Below are positions 45,773-54,661 of a stretch of DNA of 63,197 nt, piece by piece. This stretch comes from Parcubacteria group bacterium GW2011_GWC2_48_17 (lineage in GTDB: Bacteria > Patescibacteriota > Minisyncoccia > Phycocordibacterales > UBA10002). The stretch covers positions 1 through 63,197 of the forward strand of contig LCPL01000005.1 of the NCBI GenBank assembly GCA_001003605.1, read 5' to 3'. Position 1 is the first letter of the stretch; each line of letters starts with the position of its first letter. A program made the position numbers and the translations under genes. The notes under the pieces are model-generated. The model was not told the origin of the DNA. It made no database searches and was given only the letters and a program-made list of their open reading frames with translations.

Positions 45773-46357
45773 TCAAACGGTAAACTTATTTTGAGATGGC
45801 CATTCTTCTAATTCCCACTCTGCGACAGATTTGTACCTTTTTTTTCTTGCCTTTTCAGTAATCGCCATAATCGCCCGCTGATAATCGCCCTTTTGCATAT
45901 CCGGCCAAAGTGGCCCATCCCAGTCAATTTTACCCAACACTTGTCCATCAACTGGACAGTGTGGTGGATCAAAATCTATTTGGCGGGTACACCACAAGTA
46001 TTTCAAGTAAAGATTGACAAGTTTCTGAACAGTACCGAAGGTAATTTTGCTTTCGTTATCTTTATTAAGGATATCTGAAAATCCTTCATCCACTTCCTCC
46101 TTAAGCTTATCCATGCAATCTTCTAATTCCGCCGAGGACAGCTGTTTCTTACCTCGCCACTTAATATCTACATATTTTTCAAGAAATTCACGGAGAAAAT
46201 CTTTGAACTTTTCCTTCCTTTTGGTGTCGGGGAAGGGTTGATATACACCACGCTTACGCCCATCCTTTCCCTTGCCCCTTTGAGCAAATGCCGAGAAAAC
46301 ACTATTGCTAAAAAAGATATGTAACAAAAATTTCTTTTTTGGGTCGTCCATATCCAT
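45773..46357 (-). CDS. hypothetical protein
   Basis: 194 aa, Lys/Glu-rich with no motif recognised. It lies between the TA pair and the tRNA cluster. Confidence 0.4.
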   Translation of the reverse strand: MDMDDPKKKFLLHIFFSNSVFSAFAQRGKGKDGRKRGVYQPFPDTKRKEKFKDFLREFLEKYVDIKWRGKKQLSSAELEDCMDKLKEEVDEGFSDILNKDNESKITFGTVQKLVNLYLKYLWCTRQIDFDPPHCPVDGQVLGKIDWDGPLWPDMQKGDYQRAIMAITEKARKKRYKSVAEWELEEWPSQNKFTV

Positions 46358-46381
46358 AGTGGATTAGTTTATAACTCCTAA

Positions 46382-46453
46382 TACCCTCGGCAGGATTCGA
46401 ACCTGCAAAACCTCGGTAGAAGCGAGGCAGTTTATCCGTTAGCTTACGAGGGC
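46382..46453 (-). tRNA. tRNA-Arg (anticodon UCU)
   Basis: Reverse complement: GCCCTCG TA AGCT AACGGATA AACT G CCTCG CTTCTAC CGAGG TTTT GCAGG TTCGAAT CCTGC CGAGGGT A (G1-U72 wobble). Confidence 0.8.
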
Positions 46454-46553
46454 AAGACAAAGAGGCGCGACAGTTGCGCCCAAATCTTCATCTTCTCTTC
46501 CTCGTAAAAGAAAACATATTACTTAAGATAACAGAAATTACATAAATCTCCAA

Positions 46554-46774
46554 TCCGCCCCCTTGGACTCGAACCAAGAACCCCCGAGGTATATTTCATA
46601 TAATTGCTTCACTCGGACGAAAAACAAGAACGCTTTGCGCGTGCTAGGACTCGAACCTAGAACCCCCGAGGTATAAGCTCGGTGCTCTAACCATTGAGCT
46701 ACACGCGCATTTTTGTTTTTCGCTCCTCTCTAGCAATTATAAGCTCGGTGCTCTAACCATTGAGCTAGGGGCGG
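46554..46774 (-). other. split tRNA-like gene (anticodon UAU after joining) whose 148-nt intervening sequence contains a complete tRNA
   Basis: 5' half 46738..46774: CCGCCCC TA GCTC AATGGTTA GAGC A CCGAG CTTATA. 3' half 46554..46589: C CTCGG GGGTT CTTGG TTCGAGT CCAAG GGGGCGG A. The break is at position 37/38. Confidence 0.6.
46636..46708 (-). tRNA. tRNA-Ile (anticodon UAU)
   Basis: Reverse complement: GCGCGTG TA GCTC AATGGTTA GAGC A CCGAG CTTATAC CTCGG GGGTT CTAGG TTCGAGT CCTAG CACGCGC A. Confidence 0.85.
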
Positions 46775-46779
46775 GATAA

Positions 46780-46836
46780 CGCTCTTACCATTGCCTGTCT
46801 GCCGAAGCTTTTAGCGTAGGCAGAAGCTACGGGCGT
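46780..46836 (-). pseudogene. tRNA 5' fragment (acceptor plus D-arm) interrupted by a 31-nt hairpin
   Basis: ACGCCCG TA GCT[TCTGCCTACGCTAAAAGCTTCGGCAGACAGG]C AATGGTAA GAGC G. Removing 46794..46824 restores a perfect D-arm. There is no anticodon or T-arm. Confidence 0.6.
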
Positions 46837-46963
46837 ATGTTGAAATCGTAGCGCATATACGTCACTTTCGCAAAATCACTTAGCACATCTATTCCACTAT
46901 TCGCGCGAATAATGGAATAGATATGACTTGTTGGAGAATTTGGAATTTGTGGATTGTTTAGAA

Positions 46964-47020
46964 ATTAGGAATTACCTGCCCGCCGAAGCCGCTTCGGCGC
47001 AGGCGGGGATATTAGGAATT
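46964..47020. repeat. GC-rich hairpin element flanked by the 10-nt direct repeat ATTAGGAATT
   Basis: ATTAGGAATT-ACCTGCCCGCCGAAGCCGCTTCGGCGCAGGCGGGGAT-ATTAGGAATT. Confidence 0.7.
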
Positions 47021-47023
47021 GCA

Positions 47024-47061
47024 CCAGAAATAATCCGCCAGCTGGCGGATTATTTCTGGTG
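47024..47061 (-). terminator. hairpin at the ftsH 3' end
   Basis: CCAGAAATAATCCGCC-AGCT-GGCGGATTATTTCTGG overlaps the ftsH stop codon. It shares the AATCCGCC/GGCGGATT arm with leader cassettes A and B. Confidence 0.5.
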
Positions 47062-49023
47062 CTCTATGTCTTTCTTCTTTTTCGGCATGATGCCGTGCGC
47101 GATGATGATTTTTTCGTATTCTTCCTGCTCCAGCGTCTCAACTTCAATGAGCTTCGTCGCAATAGCATCAAGCGCGACGCGGTGCTTCACAAGAATAGTC
47201 TCTGCTTTTTTGTATGCCTCCGCGATGATTTTCGCGACTTCCGCGTCAATCGCGTCACTTACCTTCTCGCCATACTCTTTTTCCTCGTGGATGCGCTGTC
47301 CGCCGAGCCGGCCGAGCAATGTTTCAAATGCAATCGGACCAAGCTTTTCAGACATGCCGTATTTGGTCACCATGTCCCTTGCAAGCGCGCTCGCCACCTG
47401 GAGGTCGTTCGATGGACCGGTCGTGATATCGCCAAAGAGCATTTCTTCGGTGATAAAGCCTCCGAGCGTCACCGCTATGTCGTCCAAGAATTCCCTGCGG
47501 GATTGCAATTTTCTGTCCTCAAGCGGAAGCTTCAGCGTGTACCCCCCGGCTCGGCCTCTCGCGATGATGGAAACTTTGTGCACCGGGTCGGCGTACGGAA
47601 GCACCGAAGATACAAGCGCGTGTCCGGCTTCGTGATAGGCCGTTATTTCTTTCTCCTTTTCCGAAAGGAGATGGCTTTTCCGTTCCGGACCGAGCATAAC
47701 CTTTTCAATGGAGCGAATCAGGTCAAATTGAGCAACCTTGACCCGTTCCTCGCGCGCGGCAAGAATCGCCGCTTCATTTACGATTGAATGAAGGTCGGCA
47801 CCGGAAAATCCTGGCGTTCGTTCCGCGACAACGCGCAAATTCACATCTTCAGCGAGTTGTTTTTTAAGCGCGTGTACTTTAAGTATAGCCTCGCGGTCGT
47901 TTCGATCGGGAAGGTCTACGACAACGCGTCGGTCAAACCGTCCGGGACGCACAAGTGCGGAATCAAGAACGTCACTGCGATTAGTTGCCGCCATCACAAT
48001 CACCTTGTCATGCTGTTCGAATCCGTCCATTTCAACCAGTATTTGATTAAGTGTCTGCTCGCGTTCGTCATTGCCGCCACCGACTCCGGTTCCGCGCACG
48101 CGGCCGACCGCGTCAATCTCATCAATAAATACAATAGCTGGCGCAGCTTGCTTCGCGAGTTTGAAGAGGTCGCGTACGCGCGAAGCGCCGACACCGACAA
48201 AAAGTTCAACGAACTCCGAGCCGGATATAGAAAAGAAGGGTACGCCCGCCTCGCCAGCCACCGCACGCGCGAGAAGTGTCTTTCCGGTGCCGGACGCGCC
48301 CATGAGAAGCACGCCTTTCGGAATTTCCGCGCCGATATCCAAAAACTTCTTTGGGTTCTTCAAAAAATCAACAATCTCGGCGAGTTCCTGTTTTGCTTCC
48401 TTCACTCCGGCAACATCTTTGAATGTTACCTTCTGCTTTTTATCATGCGGAAAAATGATGCGCGGCTTTGATTGCCCGAAGGTGAAGGCCTGCATGCCGG
48501 CGCCCTTGACTTGCCGAGTTAAAAACCAAATGAATACGGCGATAAAGAGAATCGGGATGATGAACGGCGCGAGGTTGAGGAACCAATACCCGAAGCCTCC
48601 TTCTTTTTCCACGGAAATCTTGACATTCTGCAGCCGCTCGATTGGCACTCCGTAATTAACAAATGTCTGTGAAAGTCCGACTCCGGGTTCTTTCCGCGAC
48701 TGTTTTTCAATGTTGCCTTTTCCGTACAAAACTGTGACGGATTCCCCGGAAACTTTTATTTCAGTCACATCTCCGCGAGCTACATCAAAAGCGACTTCAG
48801 AAATTGGAACATCCGAAACGGGAGCGCGGTTCTCTGCGATGAATGAATACAGCGTCATAAGCGCAAGGAAAATGAAGAGCACTCCCATTGCCTTGTTCAA
48901 AAATTCGCGCCCGGGCTGAATTGGCGGGCTATTTTTGTCCTTGCTTCCCTTGTTAGAAAGCGTCTTGAGGACTTTTTTGCCTTTTTCCTTTACCTCTTTC
49001 ATGTTGTCTTTAAGGGGGGTCAT
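47050..49023 (-). CDS. ftsH: ATP-dependent zinc metalloprotease FtsH
   Basis: 657 aa with two TM helices, AAA+ Walker [12 protein letters not shown] and the zinc motif HEAGH. Confidence 0.95.
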   Translation of the reverse strand: MTPLKDNMKEVKEKGKKVLKTLSNKGSKDKNSPPIQPGREFLNKAMGVLFIFLALMTLYSFIAENRAPVSDVPISEVAFDVARGDVTEIKVSGESVTVLYGKGNIEKQSRKEPGVGLSQTFVNYGVPIERLQNVKISVEKEGGFGYWFLNLAPFIIPILFIAVFIWFLTRQVKGAGMQAFTFGQSKPRIIFPHDKKQKVTFKDVAGVKEAKQELAEIVDFLKNPKKFLDIGAEIPKGVLLMGASGTGKTLLARAVAGEAGVPFFSISGSEFVELFVGVGASRVRDLFKLAKQAAPAIVFIDEIDAVGRVRGTGVGGGNDEREQTLNQILVEMDGFEQHDKVIVMAATNRSDVLDSALVRPGRFDRRVVVDLPDRNDREAILKVHALKKQLAEDVNLRVVAERTPGFSGADLHSIVNEAAILAAREERVKVAQFDLIRSIEKVMLGPERKSHLLSEKEKEITAYHEAGHALVSSVLPYADPVHKVSIIARGRAGGYTLKLPLEDRKLQSRREFLDDIAVTLGGFITEEMLFGDITTGPSNDLQVASALARDMVTKYGMSEKLGPIAFETLLGRLGGQRIHEEKEYGEKVSDAIDAEVAKIIAEAYKKAETILVKHRVALDAIATKLIEVETLEQEEYEKIIIAHGIMPKKKKDIEHQK

Positions 49024-49083
49024 GACGCCAATTATACATAATTTTTCCTTTATGGAAACAAAGAGGTCTGCTACTATTGACGC

Positions 49084-49521
49084 ATGCTAATCGAAAATCG
49101 CAAAGCAAAATTCAATTATGAATTTCTTGAAAAACTTGATGCCGGAATCGAGCTTCTTGGCTCTGAAGTGAAATCTCTGAGGGCAAAACTTGGTTCGCTT
49201 GAAGGCGCTTATGTGATTGTCCGCGGTAATGAGGCATTCATGGTTGGCGCGTATATTCCCGCTTACCAACCTAAGAATACTCCAAAAGGTTACGATGAAC
49301 GGCGAAACCGTAAGCTCCTCCTCACAAAAAAGGAGATTGCCTCGCTCATGGGGGCAGAGGCAAAGAAAGGATTGACAATAGTGCCGATTTCAGTATATAA
49401 TAGGGGCCACAAGCTAAAGGTTACATTGGCAATCGCGCGCGGCAAGAAGAAATTCGATAAGCGCGAAACAATCAAACTGCGCGACACCGAACGCGACATC
49501 CGTCGTGAGATGCATGGATAG
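49084..49521 (+). CDS. smpB: SsrA-binding protein
   Basis: 145 aa with NRKAKFNYEF and GSEVKSLR motifs. tmRNA lies immediately downstream. Confidence 0.9.
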   Translation: MLIENRKAKFNYEFLEKLDAGIELLGSEVKSLRAKLGSLEGAYVIVRGNEAFMVGAYIPAYQPKNTPKGYDERRNRKLLLTKKEIASLMGAEAKKGLTIVPISVYNRGHKLKVTLAIARGKKKFDKRETIKLRDTERDIRREMHG

Positions 49522-49615
49522 GCTCGTACTTTGAAAATAACTGTCATTCGTCTTCAGTCCATGATTTATTCTTACCTTAATTCATACTTCATATCCCATA
49601 CTTCATAGCTTGAGG

Positions 49616-50038
49616 GGGGATGACAGGCATAGACATGTGGTCTCCTTCTTTCCGCGCATTGTGGAACTCCAGTAATTCCTTAAACTGCTGGAACAATTAA
49701 GTGCAAAAACCTTAATTTCAAAAGCTAAGTCTATCGTCTCACCATATTTTGGTGAACGCGGGCTCGCTTTCGCTTACGCTTCGGCGTAAGTGACATCTAT
49801 TTCCCCGACGTCCGATAGGGATACATAGGTGTTATAGATTCGGAATCGAGCGTGCCGCAGGTAGTCGTAGACTATCTCTTTCTCGGCTCACGCTTTAACT
49901 TTAGAGAATCGGCATCAAGACGCTTCTGTTACCCTTTTAGTCTTGATGTTTAAAACCCGCAAGGGTAAAGAGTAACTACGCAATGTAGAACCGGAAAAAA
50001 GAATCATGTGCACGCGCGTTCGATTCGCGCCATCTCCA
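49616..50038 (+). ncRNA. ssrA: tmRNA
   Basis: The 5' GGGGATG pairs with the 3' CATCTCC (G3-U70), followed by A. T-arm GCGCG TTCGATT CGCGC. Candidate tag frame 49724..49789: AKSIVSPYFGERGLAFAYASA-stop. Confidence 0.85.
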
Positions 50039-50132
50039 TTCGATTCGCTTGTATCAGAATACAAGCTCACTTGTGGTAAATCACTGCAAATACACCACCA
50101 GAAATGGCATAGTTAATGAGCATCATTGTCGC

Positions 50133-50630
50133 CTATGGAGAGCGCTTGACCCGAATATATTCTCGCATAGCGTTAACAAATCCATGCGTAAATCGCTTCG
50201 GTTCCTGGTGTATTGAAGCAATTACATCCTCCAGTTTCATCTTTTCAAGAGACCAGACCTCCTTAGTGGGCTTGAACTTCCAGTTCATCGGCGCATTCGC
50301 TGTATAAATTGTCCAAAAATGATTAAGACGCGCGTCCGTGGGGAAAAAAGTGGACACAAGTTGTATCGGCACCGTGAGCCCGATTTCCTCCAGCATTTCC
50401 CGCTTGGCCGCGTCTTCGTATGATTCGCCTTTTCGCACATGTCCTCCAACTGAAAGATCGCATTTCCCGTATTTGTTGCCTGTCTGAAGGTACAAATTTC
50501 CGTCAGCGTCAAAAACAAAGACGCCAGCGATTCTGTGCCTAAGCCCTTCCGCATGCGCCGTCGCCACATCGGACTCCCCGATGATGTTATTATCCTTGTC
50601 AACGACATCTATCAACTCGGTTTCAGACAT
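50133..50630 (-). CDS. NUDIX hydrolase
   Basis: Nudix box GGHVRKGESYEDAAKREMLEEIGL. Confidence 0.8.
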   Translation of the reverse strand: MSETELIDVVDKDNNIIGESDVATAHAEGLRHRIAGVFVFDADGNLYLQTGNKYGKCDLSVGGHVRKGESYEDAAKREMLEEIGLTVPIQLVSTFFPTDARLNHFWTIYTANAPMNWKFKPTKEVWSLEKMKLEDVIASIHQEPKRFTHGFVNAMREYIRVKRSP

Positions 50631-50725
50631 ATTTTGTCTTAACTAGCGGGGTCTCATTTCGCTGTGATGCCGCTTCCATTCACGCACATGCTCGTCCTGT
50701 TGGGTAACTACATCAGTGACTATCT

Positions 50726-52057
50726 TCATCTCATCTGCATACGCTCGCTTAAGCTCCTTAAACTCAGCATTCTCTGACAACTTTGGCTCATTCGAATCGC
50801 GTAAATAGGGTCGATATACTTTAATTTCACGGAAGCCTCCGTGCCAGGAGAAACATCTTCTCCGATGACACCCAACTCGAGCAGCCGCTCTCGATTTTCG
50901 ACAGTAACTGGAATATTAAATTCACATTCGTTTAATTCATGCCAAAGTTCGCCTCCCAGGGTTTTTCTTCTCGATAATTCGGCATAGATGCCTAAATTAT
51001 CCGTCGAAAGATATTGGCGCATAAATTGCGGAAATCGCTTTAGCGGGAGTGGGACCTCAATCGGCGGTTTCACTCGACTGCTCGACAAAAGCGTATCGTA
51101 CCAGAGTTTTTCAAATTCCTGGGTTTGCTCGCTGTGAAAATCAACGGGCTTTTGTCCCCACTCCAGCATTTCTGGAGAAAATGTAATGCCGATTCGTGAA
51201 CACAATTCGCGCAATTGTTCCTCGGGGGCCGCTCGAATATCGGTTGTGTCAAAGACAAAGTGCTTTTTCCCTGCTGACTCCAAATATCTGACTTCTTCAT
51301 CAAGTCTCTTGAACTCATCCTTCTCAAAGCTCATTCGTCGCGGATTCGCTTTTAGAATATCTTCAAAGAAGATGTAATCGCACTCAGCATACAATTTTCT
51401 TTCCACCAAATCCCTCCAGTTACTGTAACCATTTTTGCGCGCCTTGAAATTGAGCAGCTCGTTTTGGACGCTTAAAATTGAAGTGTCGTACAGGCGGTCT
51501 ATATCTTCTCCGTTTCGTATAAAATCAAGCGGTTTCGCATAGGCACCGCTCTTAATGGCGATTAAGAAATCGCACCACTTTGAGAAGCCCCTCTCGGTTG
51601 CCACATAATCCAGCATTGCGCGCTGGAGATCAATACTCGATCTCATGTCCAATGTGCTCACCACGCGTCGAATGCGAGACTCAACAGACAATAATGGGTT
51701 GCGAACTAAGATTAAAATCGGATTACGCGTTAGTTCTACCAATCTTGTGTACTCTTCATTCTTTCCTATCCAGTGAGACATTTCCTTGACTGCAACACTC
51801 GTTTTTTCCATCGAATGTTCGAACTGCTCGCCGCCTATTGACTCGAATATCTGCTTATACCCATGGTCAGGATCGAAATCATCTTGGCGCGCCCCGAGAA
51901 AAGGTTCGTGGCACTCATGATGAATGTCAGGCGAATTGCCCATCACATGCTCCACCAGCGAAGAGTTAGTTCTCGGCGGCGCAATGATTAGATGCATGGA
52001 TAAACGCCCGTCATCTACAAGCCCTTTCAATTTCTGATAATGTGAGCCGTTACTCAT
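50726..52057 (-). CDS. sulfotransferase-family-like protein
   Basis: 443 aa. The N-terminal IIAPPRTNSSLVEH resembles the 5'-PSB loop (PKSGTT/PRSGST), and LVRNPLLSVESRIRR resembles the 3'-PB motif RNPxDxxxS. Confidence 0.45.
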   Translation of the reverse strand: MSNGSHYQKLKGLVDDGRLSMHLIIAPPRTNSSLVEHVMGNSPDIHHECHEPFLGARQDDFDPDHGYKQIFESIGGEQFEHSMEKTSVAVKEMSHWIGKNEEYTRLVELTRNPILILVRNPLLSVESRIRRVVSTLDMRSSIDLQRAMLDYVATERGFSKWCDFLIAIKSGAYAKPLDFIRNGEDIDRLYDTSILSVQNELLNFKARKNGYSNWRDLVERKLYAECDYIFFEDILKANPRRMSFEKDEFKRLDEEVRYLESAGKKHFVFDTTDIRAAPEEQLRELCSRIGITFSPEMLEWGQKPVDFHSEQTQEFEKLWYDTLLSSSRVKPPIEVPLPLKRFPQFMRQYLSTDNLGIYAELSRRKTLGGELWHELNECEFNIPVTVENRERLLELGVIGEDVSPGTEASVKLKYIDPIYAIRMSQSCQRMLSLRSLSERMQMR

Positions 52058-52549
52058 GAGAAAATGATAGCATTTTTTTCGTTGCTTACAAATGAATAAG
52101 AGAGCACAGTCGCCGTTATTCGCGCCCCAAGCACAGCGGCTTTGAGGGGATGACCATGTCTATAGGTGTACCCGCTAAACTACTATTTGAAGATTTCATA
52201 ACGAAGGAGGTGGTAATGGTGTATACAGAAATTTAGAAAGAATAACAGGAGCGCCGCAAGTCTAAAAGCTGGAGTCGTGCCAGGGATTGCCAAAGAGCTT
52301 CTGCGGTGGCGAGAGCTTTATGGTGAATTGGAATGGGATACTTTACCGTCGATGTGGTGCTCTGTTCATACCATGCCTACTGCTACTGTTCTAACAAGAA
52401 GATGAGAAAGAAGAGATACAATCTAGCGTTGCGCTAAAAGGTCATTTCTCGGTATTTCTTCCGCTCGTGATAATCATGGATTACATCGGCATATTGAAAA
52501 ATAAGGGTTTCTAATTCGTTCCAATCTTTTTTAACCATCTCCACCATCA

Positions 52550-52582
52550 AAACGAACACCGCCTTAAGGCGGTGTTCGTTTT
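52550..52582. terminator. perfect hairpin in a gene-free region
   Basis: AAACGAACACCGCC-TTAA-GGCGGTGTTCGTTTT. Confidence 0.55.
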
Positions 52583-52652
52583 GTTCCTCGTCTTGAATCT
52601 TGGGTGAGAAATCATGTATTGCTCTCTTTGAATTCAAAAATAGTTTATACTA

Positions 52653-53255
52653 GTGGTCATGCACATCGGCACAACGACGCTCGCCATTCTCTACGCCTAT
52701 GAGTTCCCCGCACTTTTCTTCGGGGGATTCTTTTTTGGCGAAACCGTCATCATTCCGGCGGCGTTCCTTGCTGGACAAAATATCCTCTCGCTCCCCGAAG
52801 TATTTTGGCTGGCGTTTCTTGGCACCGTCTGCGCGGATACGCTTTGGTTCCTTGCAGGCCCCATTCTATGGAAGTTCGCCCACCGCTTTGAGACCATATC
52901 AAAGAGAAGTGAAGCGGTGCTTAAGCGGCTTGACGAACTCTACGCGAATCAACCGTTCCGCGCGCTTCTCGTGAGCAAGTTCATTTATGGCACGAGATTT
53001 CTTACGGTTATCTACCTCTCACTCGAACGAGTGTCAGCGATACGATTTCTAGTTATGAACTTCCTTTCGACGCTTTTGTGGCTCATCACGATAGTCGCGA
53101 TAGGATGGCTTGCCGGAAAAAGCATCGTTAACCTCTTGCCGATTATCTCCGACGTGAAATACGCGCTTCTCCTCATCGTCCTCCTTATCATCGGCCTCAA
53201 GCTCGCGCCCATCTGGTTTCAGAAAAAAGTCATGCACGAGGAGGAGCCGCTCTGA
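52653..53255 (+). CDS. DedA family membrane protein
   Basis: 200 aa. FFFGETVIIPAAFLAG and the polytopic layout are typical of DedA/SNARE-associated proteins. Confidence 0.7.
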   Translation: MVMHIGTTTLAILYAYEFPALFFGGFFFGETVIIPAAFLAGQNILSLPEVFWLAFLGTVCADTLWFLAGPILWKFAHRFETISKRSEAVLKRLDELYANQPFRALLVSKFIYGTRFLTVIYLSLERVSAIRFLVMNFLSTLLWLITIVAIGWLAGKSIVNLLPIISDVKYALLLIVLLIIGLKLAPIWFQKKVMHEEEPL

Positions 53256-53433
53256 ACGTGCGGAAGAAACAGATAAAATAATTTTCTTTTTTGGTTCGTT
53301 ATTCTTGAGCTCTGCTTGTAAGTTTTTTCATTATTGCTGATACGTGGGGAAAATTTTGATGAGGTTTGACAACTAACGAAATGGGCGTAGTCTTCACTGC
53401 AGATAAACCTCGACAAGAAAGGCATGGTGAACT

Positions 53434-54606
53434 ATGCAAGGTATCGAACGAACCTACTGCAACATCTGTATCAATGCTCTCGTCGGCGCGTGGCGCCAGA
53501 TGATGGAAACAAACGGCAATGAAGCGCTCCAACAAGTGCCCTATGGAAAAGGAGACACGCTCGGACTTGATGCAATCCCCGAAATTACCATCGCTCGGCG
53601 AATCGGGAATTTCGACCAGCACGCTATCCTTATCACTGAAGAGCTCGATGACCAGGCGATACGCCGTTGGCCGACGGATGCGGACCCGATTAAACAGCCG
53701 CTTATGTTTTTCTGTGACCCAACGGACGGATCTGCCCCGTTCAAGAAATTCCTTGAAGAGCTGACAAAAACCGACCGTGCGGCGAAGATTGGGCATCTTT
53801 TGGAGGCCTGCAATTCGGAGGGAATGTGGGAGGAAATGTTTAAGGCGCCAGCTTCCATCACAGCGCCGACAACTTCTATCACATGTGTTCGCAAGGGAGA
53901 GATCGTGTTCTCGGTCATCTTGGGCTATATCTGCGGAACAGTGTGCGTCGCATCAGACAACGGTGTGTACCGCTATAAATTGAAATCATTTTGTGACCCG
54001 CAGAACGAAGAGGTCACGCTTGCTGATGTCACTCACCGAGGCCAGCGCCTTCATTTCCCCAGTGTGCGAGAACTTAAATACTCGCCCGATGATTGCAGAT
54101 GGTTTGCAACCTTCCTCGGGAAAAACGAGGTGTACTTGAAAAACTTCAGGGACAGCAAGCTTTTTGGCGAAGCAGAAAAAGCAGACAGATTTGTGCACTA
54201 TCGAGAACCGCCAGGGCCGCCGCGACCGCTATTCCTCTCCGAGCTGCAAAACGGTCATGGACCGGTCGGTTTTATCCTCGCTAATGGGGAAAAGATTGGA
54301 GAATGGATGCATTGGCTTGCCTTTGTGAAATATGCCAAAGATGGGGATGAAAGCCAAGCGCTGCGCGCGTTCGAAGTCGCGCTTGAGCGCCCGTGGACTA
54401 AGGAAGGTGTGCTCATGTCAACCTCGGAGGCATACAGCATCTTCTGCCGCTCCGAGGGGAAAACGTACCTTGATATCAGCCGTCTGCGCAACTTCCCACG
54501 CCCGAGCCAGTTTCGGTGCATGCTGGTGGTGACACGGCACGACAATGAGCGTGTCATCCAGGTTCTGCAGCAGCATCAGTGCCGGGAAGTAACAAACTTC
54601 TTTTGA
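53434..54606 (+). CDS. divergent FIG (IMPase/FBPase/CysQ) superfamily-like protein
   Basis: 390 aa. ILITEELD (metal-binding EE) and FFCDPTDGS (DPxDGS/T) are in the order expected for the family. The remainder is unrecognised. Confidence 0.4.
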   Translation: MQGIERTYCNICINALVGAWRQMMETNGNEALQQVPYGKGDTLGLDAIPEITIARRIGNFDQHAILITEELDDQAIRRWPTDADPIKQPLMFFCDPTDGSAPFKKFLEELTKTDRAAKIGHLLEACNSEGMWEEMFKAPASITAPTTSITCVRKGEIVFSVILGYICGTVCVASDNGVYRYKLKSFCDPQNEEVTLADVTHRGQRLHFPSVRELKYSPDDCRWFATFLGKNEVYLKNFRDSKLFGEAEKADRFVHYREPPGPPRPLFLSELQNGHGPVGFILANGEKIGEWMHWLAFVKYAKDGDESQALRAFEVALERPWTKEGVLMSTSEAYSIFCRSEGKTYLDISRLRNFPRPSQFRCMLVVTRHDNERVIQVLQQHQCREVTNFF

Positions 54607-54631
54607 AAACTCTTGAAAACAGTTTTCTCGA

Positions 54632-54661
54632 CCCGCTTCTTACAAGAGGCGGGACTCTTTT
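54632..54661 (+). terminator. rho-independent terminator candidate
   Basis: CCCGCTTCT-TACA-AGAGGCGGG followed by ACTCTTTTG. Confidence 0.5.

Noticed and set aside
47059-48655. Long plus-strand ORFs (47059..47787, 47788..48471, 48071..48655, 46928..47635) antisense to ftsH.
   Set aside because: They lie entirely within the strongly supported ftsH gene. Their translations are low-complexity or Arg/Ser-rich with no motifs. This is typical shadow-ORF behaviour.
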